Below the pieces are notes generated by a model that did no database searches, was not told where the DNA came from, and saw nothing but the letters and a program-made list of their open reading frames with translations. From NCBI GenBank assembly GCA_006226565.1, contig SBGO01000356.1:748-64747 (forward strand): a DNA stretch of 64,000 nucleotides. Direction: 5' to 3'. The position numbers were made by a program, and so were the translations under genes. This stretch comes from Deltaproteobacteria bacterium (GTDB taxonomy: Bacteria > Myxococcota_A > UBA9042 > PHBI01). Of the stretch, positions 1 through 9,174 are shown piece by piece (the first letter of the stretch is position 1; every line of letters starts with the position of its first letter).

Positions 1-188
1 CGCGGGTCGGCCAGCGGGCCGCCTGGAAAGAGCGGCTCGTCCCGTCCGAGGAGGAGGGCGCGGCGTCCGGCCAGCGACACCTGCTCGCCGGCGCGCGCGA
101 GGCCGCCGCTGTAGGCGAGGGTCAGCCCGGGACGCGGCCCGTCGCCGAGGTCGGCGTCGCCCGGGAGGTCGGTCAGCGTGCTGCTCAT
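1..188 (-). CDS. N-terminal part of a probable FHA-domain (sigma54-dependent activator-type) protein, runs off the window edge
   Basis: Manual translation from ATG at 188: MSSTLTDLPG...LLLGRDEPLFPGGPLADPR, resembling the FHA 'GR...D' start. Divergent from a sigma54-like promoter. Confidence 0.5.
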   Translation of the reverse strand, partial: MSSTLTDLPGDADLGDGPRPGLTLAYSGGLARAGEQVSLAGRRALLLGRDEPLFPGGPLADP

Positions 189-372
189 CCCTCGGAGGGT
201 AGCAGGTCCGTTCGTCGCCGGGGAGCGGTGTCCAAGGTGTCCGCGACGGACACCCGCGGACGTCCGGCGGCGTCGTCCGTGCTGTCCACAGCGGCGGCGT
301 CGGGATGGTGCGGGCACCCGGGGCCGGCCTGTCGTGGGGCCATGGGGCGCTCGCCCAGCGGCGTGCCGGTTC

Positions 373-388
373 TGGCCCGGCACCTGCA
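373..388 (+). promoter_or_regulatory. Putative sigma54 (-24/-12) promoter
   Basis: TGGCCCGGCACCTGCA fits GG-N10-GC, ~70 bp upstream of ATG 461. Palindrome GTGTCCG-CGA-CGGACAC at 237-253 could be the enhancer. Confidence 0.5.
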
Positions 389-460
389 GAGGACAGGCTC
401 GTGGCCGCGGTTCGGTCGGTGGCCGCCCCGCCCAGCAGACCCGCAGCCCCGGAGGACCCC

Positions 461-811
461 ATGTTCCGAGCCTTCGCCCCACCCGCGCCGCAGCACCTCG
501 CGCTGGGCGCCGTCGCGTCGGCGCTCGTCGCGTTCTTCGTCCTCTTCCTGCTGGCCGGCGCCATCTACGTCGCGTGGGACTACGGGCGCGTCACGGCCGA
601 CGTGCGTGCGCCGATGACGGCGCCGCCCGCGGCGCAGGTCGAGCCCGTCGTGCGGTACTACGTGCCGGGCGTCTACGTCATCGGGGTGCGCGCCCCCGCC
701 GGAGCGCCGCAGAGCGCCGTCGTCGACCGTGGGGAGGGCGTGCGATACGCTCAGCCCTCGGTCGCCGAGGACGCCCAGCAGGGCCCCCCCGTCGAAACGC
801 AGGTTCGCTGA
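461..811 (+). CDS. Small membrane-anchored hypothetical protein
   Basis: GGAGG RBS at 451, ATG 461, one hydrophobic segment (ALVAFFVLFLLAGAIYV). Confidence 0.65.
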   Translation: MFRAFAPPAPQHLALGAVASALVAFFVLFLLAGAIYVAWDYGRVTADVRAPMTAPPAAQVEPVVRYYVPGVYVIGVRAPAGAPQSAVVDRGEGVRYAQPSVAEDAQQGPPVETQVR

Positions 812-821
812 GGAACGTCGC

Positions 822-1811
822 ATGGTGAGCTTCCATCCCCAGTCTCGAACGCTTCGCCGGCCATCGCCGGCGTTCGCCGCGCTCGCGGCGCTCGCGATGG
901 TGGCCTGTGGCCGCTCGCCCGCGCCCAGCGAGCCGGTCCCCGCCGAGGTCGCGATGACGCCCGAGGCGGTCGCGGAGGTCGAGCAGGTCGCGCCGGTGGT
1001 GGCGTCCGCCGACGCGGCGGGCGCCGCGGACGACAACGTCTCGCCGACCCTCGCCGCCGAGGCGGAGCCGGATGCGCCCGCCGTTCACGGGATCCGGATC
1101 ACCGACGACGGCATCATCGGGCCCGGCTTCATGATCACCGGCGACGGCATCATCGCGCCCGGCGTGGAGATCACGAAGAAGCACCTCAAGATCGTCATCA
1201 CCGGGGACGGGCCGGAGCTCGAGGGGCTGCGCGACCGGCTCGAGGCGCTCGGGCCGCGCATCCGCGACGCGGTCAAGGGGCACATCCACGCCGACGGGGG
1301 CGGGCACCTCCGCATCGGCGCCGTCGCGCTCGGGCTCCACGAGGACGGCGGGCTCCGGATCGACATCGACGACAACGGCTCGGACTTCGACGTGCACGTG
1401 AACGTGGACCTCGACGACGTCGCCGAGGAGGTCGCGGCGCTCGACGGCGCGAAGCTGGCCAAGCTCGTGGCGCTGGCGCGGGCGCTCGGGGGCGACGACG
1501 AGGGCGGCGAGCCCGGGCACGCCGAGGGCGGCGAGCGCTTCAGCTGCGCGGCCGGCGAGTGCGAGGTGGAGTGCCCGAAGGGGAAGCCGTGTCGCGCGTC
1601 GTGCGCGGGCGGCGGCTGCCGGCAGACGTGCCACGAGGGGGCCACGTGCCGCCTGACGTGCGCCGGCGGCGACTGCAATCAGCGCTGCGAGGCCGGGGCG
1701 AGCTGCAAGCTCAGCTGCGCAGGCGGCGGGTGTCGGCGCGAGTGCGCCGAGACGGCGAAGTGCGAGATGAGCTGCCTCGGCGACGACTGCGCGACCGTCA
1801 CGCCGCGCTGA
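822..1811 (+). CDS. Lipoprotein with Cys-rich C-terminal repeats
   Basis: Lipobox-like AMVAC; repeated C-A-G-G-x-C-x3-C units; GC3-rich coding frame. Confidence 0.75.
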   Translation: MVSFHPQSRTLRRPSPAFAALAALAMVACGRSPAPSEPVPAEVAMTPEAVAEVEQVAPVVASADAAGAADDNVSPTLAAEAEPDAPAVHGIRITDDGIIGPGFMITGDGIIAPGVEITKKHLKIVITGDGPELEGLRDRLEALGPRIRDAVKGHIHADGGGHLRIGAVALGLHEDGGLRIDIDDNGSDFDVHVNVDLDDVAEEVAALDGAKLAKLVALARALGGDDEGGEPGHAEGGERFSCAAGECEVECPKGKPCRASCAGGGCRQTCHEGATCRLTCAGGDCNQRCEAGASCKLSCAGGGCRRECAETAKCEMSCLGDDCATVTPR

Positions 1812-1835
1812 CGCTCCCCGAGAGGTTCGCGGGCG

Positions 1836-2870
1836 TCAGGCGTCGGCGACGCGGATGACGAGCTTGCCGAAGTTCTTGCCCTCGAGCTGCCCAATGAAGG
1901 CCTCGGGGGCGTTCTCGAGCCCGTCGACGACGTCCTCTCGGAAGGCGATCTCGCCGGCGGCGACCCAGGCGCCCATCTGCGCGAGGAACTCGCGGAAGCG
2001 GTGGCCGAAGTCGTCGAAGATGATGAAGCCCCGCATCGTGATGCGCTTCTTGAGGAGGGTGGACATCAGGAGCGCGCTCCGGTCGGGGCCGGGCGGGAGC
2101 GAGGTGGCGTTGTACATCGACACGAGGCCGCAGACGGGCACCCGGGCGCGGGCGTTGAGGAGCGGCAGGACGGCCTGGAAGACGGCGCCGCCGACGTTCT
2201 CGAAGTAGACGTCGACGCCGTCGGGGCAGGCGGCGGCGAGGCGGCCGCGGAGGTCGGGGGCGCGGTGGTCGAGGCAGGCGTCGAAGCCGAAGTGCTCGAC
2301 GGCGTAGCGGCACTTCTCCTCGCCGCCGGCGATGCCGATGGCGCGGCAGCCGAGGCGTTTGGCGACCTGCCCGACGACGGAGCCGACGGGGCCGGTGGCC
2401 GCGGCGACGACGACGGTCTCGCCAGGCCGGGGGGCGCCGATCTCGAGGAGCCCGGCCCAGGCGGTGAAGCCCGGCATCCCGAGGACGCCGAGGGCGAGGG
2501 AGGGGCGCGCCATGGCGGGGTCGAGCGGGACGAGGCCGGTGCCGTTGGAGACCGCGTAGTCCTGCCAGCCGGCGTAGGCGAGGACGAGGTCGCCGACGGC
2601 GAAGCGCGGGTGGTTCGAGGCCTCGACCCGGCTGACGGTCCCGCCGACCATGGGGGCGTCGAGGGCGACCGGCTCGGCGTAGGAGGGGGCGTCGCTCATC
2701 CGGCCGCGCATGTAGGGGTCGAGCGAGAGGTAGAGCGTCCGGAGCAGCACCTCGCCGTCGCCGGGCGTGGGCACGGCGACGCGCTCGAGGCGGAAGCTCT
2801 CGGGCGTGGGCGCGCCGACGGGGCGCGAGGCGAGGACGATGCGGCGGTTAATGGCGGGATCCTGGGACAT
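1836..2870 (-). CDS. NADP-dependent oxidoreductase (MDR family, CurA/prostaglandin reductase-like)
   Basis: NRRIVLASRPVG, LSLDPYMRGRM, LGMPGFTA, AATGPVG, DVYFENVGG, GKNFGKLV motifs. Confidence 0.93.
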   Translation of the reverse strand: MSQDPAINRRIVLASRPVGAPTPESFRLERVAVPTPGDGEVLLRTLYLSLDPYMRGRMSDAPSYAEPVALDAPMVGGTVSRVEASNHPRFAVGDLVLAYAGWQDYAVSNGTGLVPLDPAMARPSLALGVLGMPGFTAWAGLLEIGAPRPGETVVVAAATGPVGSVVGQVAKRLGCRAIGIAGGEEKCRYAVEHFGFDACLDHRAPDLRGRLAAACPDGVDVYFENVGGAVFQAVLPLLNARARVPVCGLVSMYNATSLPPGPDRSALLMSTLLKKRITMRGFIIFDDFGHRFREFLAQMGAWVAAGEIAFREDVVDGLENAPEAFIGQLEGKNFGKLVIRVADA

Positions 2871-2976
2871 CGGGGCCTCGGGGCGTCTGGACGCGGCGAG
2901 TCTCGCAGAGCCGGCGGTGGGCGTCGACCGCGGCGGGGTCGTGCTACGGTCGCGGGCGAGGGAAAAGGAGAGGGCG

Positions 2977-4284
2977 ATGTCGGGCGAGGGCGCCGGGGCG
3001 AGGGTGATGATCATCGGCGGGGGCGGCCGCAGCCACGCGCTCGGCGAGGCGCTGCGGGCGAGCCCGTCGGTGGCGCAGGTCGTTTTCGCGCCGGGGACGA
3101 CGGGGCTCGAGTGGCTCGGCTACGAGACGGTGCCGGTGGCGAGCCAGGATCTCCCGGGGCTCGTCGAGCAGGCGATGATGGAGGAGTACGATCTGTCGGT
3201 GGTCGGGCCGAACACGCCGCTCGTCGACGGGATCGTGGACCGATTCGAGGCGGAGGGGCTGCCGATCTTCGGGCCCATGCGGGCGGCGGCGCGGCTCGAG
3301 GGGTCGAAGGCGTTCGCGCGGCTCCTGATGGGGCGGCTCGGGGTGCCGACGCCGCGCTTCGCGGTCTGTGACACGGTCGACCGGGCGCATCACCTGGCGC
3401 AGACCCGGGCGTGGGCGCGGGTCTTCAAGGCCGACGGCATCGCGTACGACAAGGGCGTGCGGGTGACGATGCGGGCGGACGAGGCCGAGCAGGCGCTGCA
3501 CGACGTGATGTACGACAACGTCTACGGGCTGGAGTCGGACCGCATCGTGGTGGAGGAGCGCATCGACGGGGTCGAGGTGACGGTCTTCACGCTGTGCGAC
3601 GGGCGGCACCTGGAGGTGCTGGGGCACGTGCTGAACTACCCGCGGCTCCGCGACGGGGACGCGGGGCCGCCGTCGCGGGGGATGGGGCAGGTGTGCCCGG
3701 CGCCGATGGTGGACGACGCGATGGTGGCGGACATCGTGCGGCGGGCGCTGCAGCCGGTGGTGGACGACCTGGCCGAGGACGGGACCCCGCTGCGCGGGGC
3801 GCTGTTCGTGGACCTGATGCTGTCGCATGGGGCGCCGTACGTCATCGACTACAACGTGCGGTTCGGGGACCCGGCGACGCAGACGATGCTGAGCGCGTAC
3901 TCGGGGGACTTCTATCGGGTGTTGCAGGCGTGTCGGACGGGGGAGGGGCTGGCGGAGGCGGTGGCGGCGCTGACGCGGGACCCGCGGCCGCGGGTGTCGG
4001 TGGTGGCGGTGTGCGAGGGGTATCCGCAGAAGATGGTGCGGGGGGCGCGCGTGACGCTCGACCGGGCGCTCTTCGACGAGGACCCGGACCTGCGGCTCTA
4101 TCTCGACGGCGTGCGCTGGGTCGAGGACGACGGGCTCTACACGACGGGCGGGCGGACGGTGACGGTGGTGGCGGCGGCGGACACGGTGTCGGAGGCGGCG
4201 GCGCGGGCGTATGCGGCGCTCGATCGCGGGGTGCGCTTCGACGGGATGCACGTCCGGCGGGACATCGGGCGCGGATACGAGTGA
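2977..4284 (+). CDS. PurD-like ATP-grasp ligase (phosphoribosylamine-glycine ligase homolog, divergent)
   Basis: IIGGGGRSHAL, FGP..AARLEGSKAF, KADG..KGV, RFGDP, GGR, RRDIG. Several canonical active-site residues are changed. Confidence 0.8.
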   Translation: MSGEGAGARVMIIGGGGRSHALGEALRASPSVAQVVFAPGTTGLEWLGYETVPVASQDLPGLVEQAMMEEYDLSVVGPNTPLVDGIVDRFEAEGLPIFGPMRAAARLEGSKAFARLLMGRLGVPTPRFAVCDTVDRAHHLAQTRAWARVFKADGIAYDKGVRVTMRADEAEQALHDVMYDNVYGLESDRIVVEERIDGVEVTVFTLCDGRHLEVLGHVLNYPRLRDGDAGPPSRGMGQVCPAPMVDDAMVADIVRRALQPVVDDLAEDGTPLRGALFVDLMLSHGAPYVIDYNVRFGDPATQTMLSAYSGDFYRVLQACRTGEGLAEAVAALTRDPRPRVSVVAVCEGYPQKMVRGARVTLDRALFDEDPDLRLYLDGVRWVEDDGLYTTGGRTVTVVAAADTVSEAAARAYAALDRGVRFDGMHVRRDIGRGYE

Positions 4285-4392
4285 GGCGCGGTCGGAAAAA
4301 TGTGGGAACTTTCTCGGGCGCAGCGCGTAGACCGTGAGCGCGCTTCGCGAGACGACGTGGCGCGCGGGACGAACACGAGGAGAGCAAGGAAG

Positions 4393-5004
4393 ATGCTGGC
4401 TCGACGGGTGATGATCGGGATGGTGCTCGGGGCGATGGCGGTGATCGGGACGGCGGCGCCGGCCTTCGCGGACGACTGTGCGGGGTCGTCACTGAAGATG
4501 GTGCGGTCCGAGGACGCGGCGTATCGGGTGGACATCCGGACGGTGGCGCGCGAGGGCTGGGAGGCGCGCTTCGTGCCGGTGCACGAGCCGGACGGGGCGT
4601 ACACGCGGCTGGCCGAGGTGCCGGGGCACGCGCACCTGATCGTGGCGGTGCCGGGGAAGTCGACGCGCTTCGTGGTGATCCGGGCGGGGGCCGAGCGCGA
4701 GACGACGTCGCGGGTGCTGGTCTACGAGGCGGTCTGGAACCCGCTGAAGAAGGGTCCCCCGGGGCCCGAGGTGAAGCTGGTGAAGGCGTTCGACCTGAAG
4801 GACCTGCTCACGGAGGCGGAGCTCGCGCAGGTGCGGGCGTCGATCTCGCACCTCCACTGGCTCTTCCCGCGGACCGACGGCAAGCCGCCGGTGCGCCTGA
4901 CCGGCGACGACCGGGTGGAGGTGCAGGTCATCGGCGGCCGCGCGGTGGAGCTGGCCCTCGACCACCTGGAGCTGGTGAAGACGCCGTCGGCCCCGAAGCC
5001 CTGA
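4393..5004 (+). CDS. Secreted hypothetical protein
   Basis: Signal peptide ending AFA-D; AAGGA RBS; host-like codon usage. Confidence 0.7.
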   Translation: MLARRVMIGMVLGAMAVIGTAAPAFADDCAGSSLKMVRSEDAAYRVDIRTVAREGWEARFVPVHEPDGAYTRLAEVPGHAHLIVAVPGKSTRFVVIRAGAERETTSRVLVYEAVWNPLKKGPPGPEVKLVKAFDLKDLLTEAELAQVRASISHLHWLFPRTDGKPPVRLTGDDRVEVQVIGGRAVELALDHLELVKTPSAPKP

Positions 5005-5089
5005 GCGGCGGGCGGCGCCGACCGCCGCGGCCCGCGCGCGTGACGCTTGACACGCGCGCGGCCCCGGTGCAAGTTCCGCCCCACGCTGC

Positions 5090-5166
5090 GCGCGGTTAGC
5101 TCAGCTGGATAGAGCGTCGGCCTCCGGAGCCGAAGGCCACAGGTTCGAATCCTGTACCGCGCACCA
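5090..5166 (+). tRNA. tRNA-Arg (anticodon CCG), integration site (attL)
   Basis: Acceptor stem GCGCGGT/ACCGCGC, D arm TAGCTCAGCTGGATAGAGC, anticodon arm TCGGC-CTCCGGA-GCCGA, GGTTCGAATCC, encoded CCA. TTGACA at 5047-5052. Confidence 0.97.
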
Positions 5167-6493
5167 ACTCGAAGCCGCCTTGGACAACGGTCCCCGTGAC
5201 CCCGTCGAAGGCGGCTTTTTCCGTGTTGGGGGCCCCTGTCTCCAAATCGTCTCCAAAGGTCGTCTCGGAGCCGACGGCGGCGCGGGCCTGCGCGACCTGC
5301 TCCGGCGACTCGGCGACGGCGGCCTCGGCGAAGAAGCGGAGGCGGTTGATCTCCTCGCCCAGGTAGTCGTCGCTCAGGTGCGAGTACAGGTCGATCGTGG
5401 TCTGGATGTCCTTGTGCCGCAGGACGCGCTGGACGAAGGCCAGGGACGCGCCGCGCATGACGAGGATCGACGCCGTCGTGTGCCGGAGGTCGTGCCACCG
5501 GATCGGGCGGACGTTGGCCTTGGGCCAGAGGCGGTGCCCGTGGACCGGGCAGCGGCGGAGGCGGTTGTCGGCGTGGGTCTCGGCGTGCTTGCAGCCCTTC
5601 TTGCGGCAGACGTGCGTGTAGCTGTCGGCGAGGCCGGCGCGGCCGAGGGCGCGGCGGACGACGTCGCAGAGGTCGGCGTCGCGGCGGAACGGGGAGCCGT
5701 CGGGCTGGGCGAAGACGAGGGCGCCGGGCGAGGCGTCGAGGGCGGCGCGCAGGAAGGGGACCAGCTCGTCGGCGATGGGGACGACGCCGTGGTGGCCGTC
5801 CTTGGTGACGGCGCGGTCGTGTGAGCCGCGGATGTAGATGCGGCGGGCCTCGAAGTCGATGTCCCGGCGCTTGAGGGCGAACAGCTCGCCTTTCCGCATG
5901 CCGGTGTAGATGGCTGTCGCGGCGAGCCACCGGTGGTGCGGCTCCATGACGGCCAGGACGGGCGCGACCTCGTTCGGGCGCAGGTAGGTCGGTGGGCGCT
6001 TGGAGACGCGCCGCCGAGTGACCTTCGCGACCGGGCTCACGCCGTGTACGCGGCCGACCTTCGCGGCGGCGTTGAACGCCCGCGACAGGAAGTTCCGTAG
6101 GTGGTTCACCGTCTGCGGGCTCAGGCCCTCGCGGTCCTTGCCGCGCAGGTAGCGCTCGATGACGGCCGGGGTCAGCTCGCGCAGCGGGAGGTCCCAGAGC
6201 TTCGCCGACGCCAGGTGCTTCTGAATCGTCCTCCGGTTGCTCTCGTCCGCCGCGAGCGAGGCGGACACCTCGTCGAGCCACCACTCCATGAGGTCGCCGA
6301 CGGTGTCCTGCGTCTTCTGCGGCAGGGGCTCGAGCCCCTCGCGCTGCCGGTCGGCGTGGAGCTGCAGCTCGGCGGCCATCCGCTCGGCGTCCACCTTGCG
6401 CTTGGCGAGGCGGACCTCCTTCCACCGGCCGTCGGAGCCCTTGTACTTCCCGTACCAGCCGTCGCGGCCCTTCTTCTTGAACACGGTCGTCAT
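5096..6493 (-). CDS. int: Tyrosine integrase whose C-terminus reads through att/tRNA (integrated form, 465 aa)
   Basis: TGMRKGEL, WHDLRHT and LRHKDIQTTIDLY catalytic motifs. ATG 6493 overlaps the upstream HTH stop (ATGA). Confidence 0.95.
   Translation of the reverse strand: MTTVFKKKGRDGWYGKYKGSDGRWKEVRLAKRKVDAERMAAELQLHADRQREGLEPLPQKTQDTVGDLMEWWLDEVSASLAADESNRRTIQKHLASAKLWDLPLRELTPAVIERYLRGKDREGLSPQTVNHLRNFLSRAFNAAAKVGRVHGVSPVAKVTRRRVSKRPPTYLRPNEVAPVLAVMEPHHRWLAATAIYTGMRKGELFALKRRDIDFEARRIYIRGSHDRAVTKDGHHGVVPIADELVPFLRAALDASPGALVFAQPDGSPFRRDADLCDVVRRALGRAGLADSYTHVCRKKGCKHAETHADNRLRRCPVHGHRLWPKANVRPIRWHDLRHTTASILVMRGASLAFVQRVLRHKDIQTTIDLYSHLSDDYLGEEINRLRFFAEAAVAESPEQVAQARAAVGSETTFGDDLETGAPNTEKAAFDGVTGTVVQGGFELVRGTGFEPVAFGSGGRRSIQLS
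5120..5167 (+). repeat. attL core, 48-bp direct repeat (tRNA 3' half)
   Basis: GCCTCCGGAGCCGAAGGCCACAGGTTCGAATCCTGTACCGCGCACCAA is identical at 40372-40419. Confidence 0.97.
5172..5220 (+). terminator. Hairpin terminator after the tRNA, supplied by the island
   Basis: AAGCCGCCTT...AAGGCGGCTT followed by a T run. Confidence 0.6.
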
Positions 6494-6726
6494 CGGTCGC
6501 CCCTGCGGAGCGGGATCACGGCTCCGGCGTCGCTCTCGCTCCCACCCCGAGCGTACTCGACGACCTCGGCCGGGTCGAACCTGAGGTGCCCTCCGAAACG
6601 CAGATGGGGCAGATCGCCGCGTGCAGCGCGCTCGTAGACCCAGCTCCGGCTCACGCGCAGGTACTCCGCGACCTCGGTGGCCGTCCACAGCCGGGCCGAG
6701 CTCACAGGCATCGTCTTGGTCGTCAT
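6490..6726 (-). CDS. Excisionase-like HTH (HTH_17/MerR-like) protein
   Basis: LWTATEVAEYLRVSRSWVYERAARGDLPHLRFGGHLRFDP; GGGAGG RBS; coupled to int. Confidence 0.9.
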   Translation of the reverse strand: MTTKTMPVSSARLWTATEVAEYLRVSRSWVYERAARGDLPHLRFGGHLRFDPAEVVEYARGGSESDAGAVIPLRRGDR

Positions 6727-6927
6727 CGTCTTCCTCCCTGGCTGGTATGATTGTCGTGCCGCCGCGATGTGGTTGGACCGCGTCGTTGCGGCGCCCAAAG
6801 TTGGTTCCTCGGGTGCTTGAACGGAGCGCTCTGCTCTCGTCCTAGATTTGGCCTCGAGCGCGACCACCGTGTCTGGTCCTGCTCGTACTCGCGCTCGTTA
6901 TTCGGTCCGGCGGCTCTGGTCTCTTCA

Positions 6928-7182
6928 GCTACCCTGCTACCCGCACTACTCCCGCAAGGGACGCAGGAATTCCTCCGTATGCTCGGCAGGTTGCACGCGG
7001 TGCTACCCCTGCTACCCCGCTGGCGCGGTCCACCCCCACCCGTCAAGGGGTCTTCTTCGTTCCGACAAGGTAGATAGGTAGGTGTTCTCTCAAGTAGGGG
7101 TAGTAGGGGTAGTAGATAGAGCGGCAGAGCCGTCGTGGTCGGGATCGTCGGCGCATACCCCTGCGGGTAGTCGCCCGGTAGC
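6928..7182. repeat. Cluster of GCTACCC / GGTAG short repeats, candidate replication origin
   Basis: GCTACCC at 6928, 6936, 7002, 7011; inverse-oriented GGTAG/GGGGTAG at 7069-7115, 7165, 7177. Non-coding, downstream of the helicase. Confidence 0.6.
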
Positions 7183-7194
7183 AGGGGGAGCGCT

Positions 7195-9174
7195 CTAATC
7201 ATTGTCGTCGTCCGGCCATAGACGCCTGGCGTCCACGACCACGACGCTGCGGCGTCTGCCGTGGATGGAACGCTGGACGCTGAACTTGCCGAGGCGGTGT
7301 TGCAGAAGAACACCGCTGTCACGCCAGTCGCGCATGAGTCCTTCGTACGCGAAGCCCTCCAGCAGCACGCGCTCGTGCAATGCGCGGGTCGGAAACGCGA
7401 CCCAGCCCTCCTCCTTGTGGTGCCATGCGATGATGTCGCGTTGCTCTGCGTTTGCTGTCCTGCTCGAGGCGTCCGCGACCTTGTGCGGATTCTCGTCGAC
7501 CCAGCTCGCGACGAGCTCGAGCCCCCGCGCGGCACCGCCGGCATCGTCAATGTCGTTGACGATGCTCGGCCATAGCGCGGTCCATGGCTCAGGGATCGTC
7601 CACCGGCCGTCCGAGTCATCGGGGAGGCTCAGCGCGCGCTCGGCGAGCCGCAGCGTCAGCTCCAGCACCGCCCGGTACCGGACCATGCGTGTTTCCTGAG
7701 AGGACTTCACGTTGGCGAGCAGCGACGACAGGATCTCTTCATACATCTCGGCCAACTCTGCGTCGCCAATCGTCATCATGTGCTGGACGAGGAGCGGCCC
7801 GGCGTGTCCGAAATTCGACTGGAGCGCCACCTCGACCTCAGCGATCAGACCGCGCGCAACCGGCACGTCGAGGCCGTCGAAGGGCGAGCCTTCGACCTCC
7901 ATCGTGCGGGTGCGCTCCCCGCCACCCTCGCTGAAGCTGACCGCAGGGGCTTCGCCCGTAGAGATGCACGTCGTCTGCCACGCGCCGGTCTGCCGCACCT
8001 GAGCGTCCGCGGTGCCTCGACCTCGGCCTCGCCCGTTGCCGATCGTCGACAACAGCGCCGGGACTGTCGTCTTGCCACGGGCGTCCTTCGTGTCGTCGAC
8101 GAACAGGGGAAGGTGCCGACGGCGGCCGATGGTCAGCTCAAGGTAGGTGTATGTGCTCGACCACGAGGTGACGAGAGAGTCCGGGCCCATGAACGGCTGC
8201 CCCCAGATCGACGCTGCGTAGCGAAGCGTCGTCGTCTTGCCCACCGAGGTCGTGCCGTGGAAGTCGACCACGAAGCTCGACGCACGAACGCCCAGGCGGA
8301 AGAGCAGCGGCGCCGCGAACGAAACGAGCAGCGCGAGCGTGATCCGCGGGAGGTACTTGACCCGATCGATCGCGTCGCGCCAGCGCCGGAACTCGCCCTC
8401 GGCCCGAAGCCCTTCGACCCAGCCATCCTCCGAAGTCGACTTCAGGCGGACCCAGCCTGCCGATGCCCATGTCGCGGGGTTCTTGTCATCGGGCTCGACG
8501 ATCGCACGCGGGCTGATGACCTTGTTTCCCCAGATGAAAGTCTCCCGATCAGCCCAGCCCATCGCGGTGGCTCCGCGAGCTGCGGGTAGCTCCGAAAGGT
8601 TGGCCTCCTCGTATGCACCGAGGAACTTGACGAGCCCGGCGGCGTTGTCGGTGCGAACCGGCAGCCCGTAGTCGGCGAGTTGCTTGATCAGTCGCGCATC
8701 GGCGAGGACGCTGCGGACCATGACCCGTTGCTGCCAGCCCGTCGCGCCACGCCACGCGAGCACCATGTGGTTGACGCCGGCATCGTCGACGACGCGGCCC
8801 AGCACCTGCACCGGGCACGACAGCACGGGGATCTCCTCGAACTCATAGCCCGCGGAAGGGTCGCCGTCTGTCGACTTCGATTTCGCCTCCCACCGAGCCA
8901 CGCCCCGGTCGCTGACTGCGTATCCCCTTGGCACGACGAGCTTGGGGGCCGGTGCGTCGGGGCATCCGCGTCCGACTCGGACGAGCGACCCATCCCCTAG
9001 ACCACCATCGCCCAAGGCCCCCGAGTACAGCTCGCGACGCGGCACGTTCTTCGCGTTCACGGTGCGATTTGCCATGGCGGCCGGCTTGACCCGGACAGCG
9101 TCCACGTCCGGCGTTGTCCGTTCCGTGTACGTGCCGTCCACAAAGCGATCGGCGTCGTCCCTACTGCTACTCAT
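7195..9174 (-). CDS. DUF927-family replication helicase/ATPase
   Basis: Walker A HGTTSVGKTT, ASIWG, LPLFVDD, NGRGRGRG, ISTGE and NFGHAG motifs; follows the primase. Confidence 0.85.
   Translation of the reverse strand: MSSSRDDADRFVDGTYTERTTPDVDAVRVKPAAMANRTVNAKNVPRRELYSGALGDGGLGDGSLVRVGRGCPDAPAPKLVVPRGYAVSDRGVARWEAKSKSTDGDPSAGYEFEEIPVLSCPVQVLGRVVDDAGVNHMVLAWRGATGWQQRVMVRSVLADARLIKQLADYGLPVRTDNAAGLVKFLGAYEEANLSELPAARGATAMGWADRETFIWGNKVISPRAIVEPDDKNPATWASAGWVRLKSTSEDGWVEGLRAEGEFRRWRDAIDRVKYLPRITLALLVSFAAPLLFRLGVRASSFVVDFHGTTSVGKTTTLRYAASIWGQPFMGPDSLVTSWSSTYTYLELTIGRRRHLPLFVDDTKDARGKTTVPALLSTIGNGRGRGRGTADAQVRQTGAWQTTCISTGEAPAVSFSEGGGERTRTMEVEGSPFDGLDVPVARGLIAEVEVALQSNFGHAGPLLVQHMMTIGDAELAEMYEEILSSLLANVKSSQETRMVRYRAVLELTLRLAERALSLPDDSDGRWTIPEPWTALWPSIVNDIDDAGGAARGLELVASWVDENPHKVADASSRTANAEQRDIIAWHHKEEGWVAFPTRALHERVLLEGFAYEGLMRDWRDSGVLLQHRLGKFSVQRSIHGRRRSVVVVDARRLWPDDDND

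Noticed and set aside
6928..7182. CRISPR array or telomere-like repeat
   Set aside because: Units are 5-9 bp with no unique spacers, and there are no cas genes in the window.
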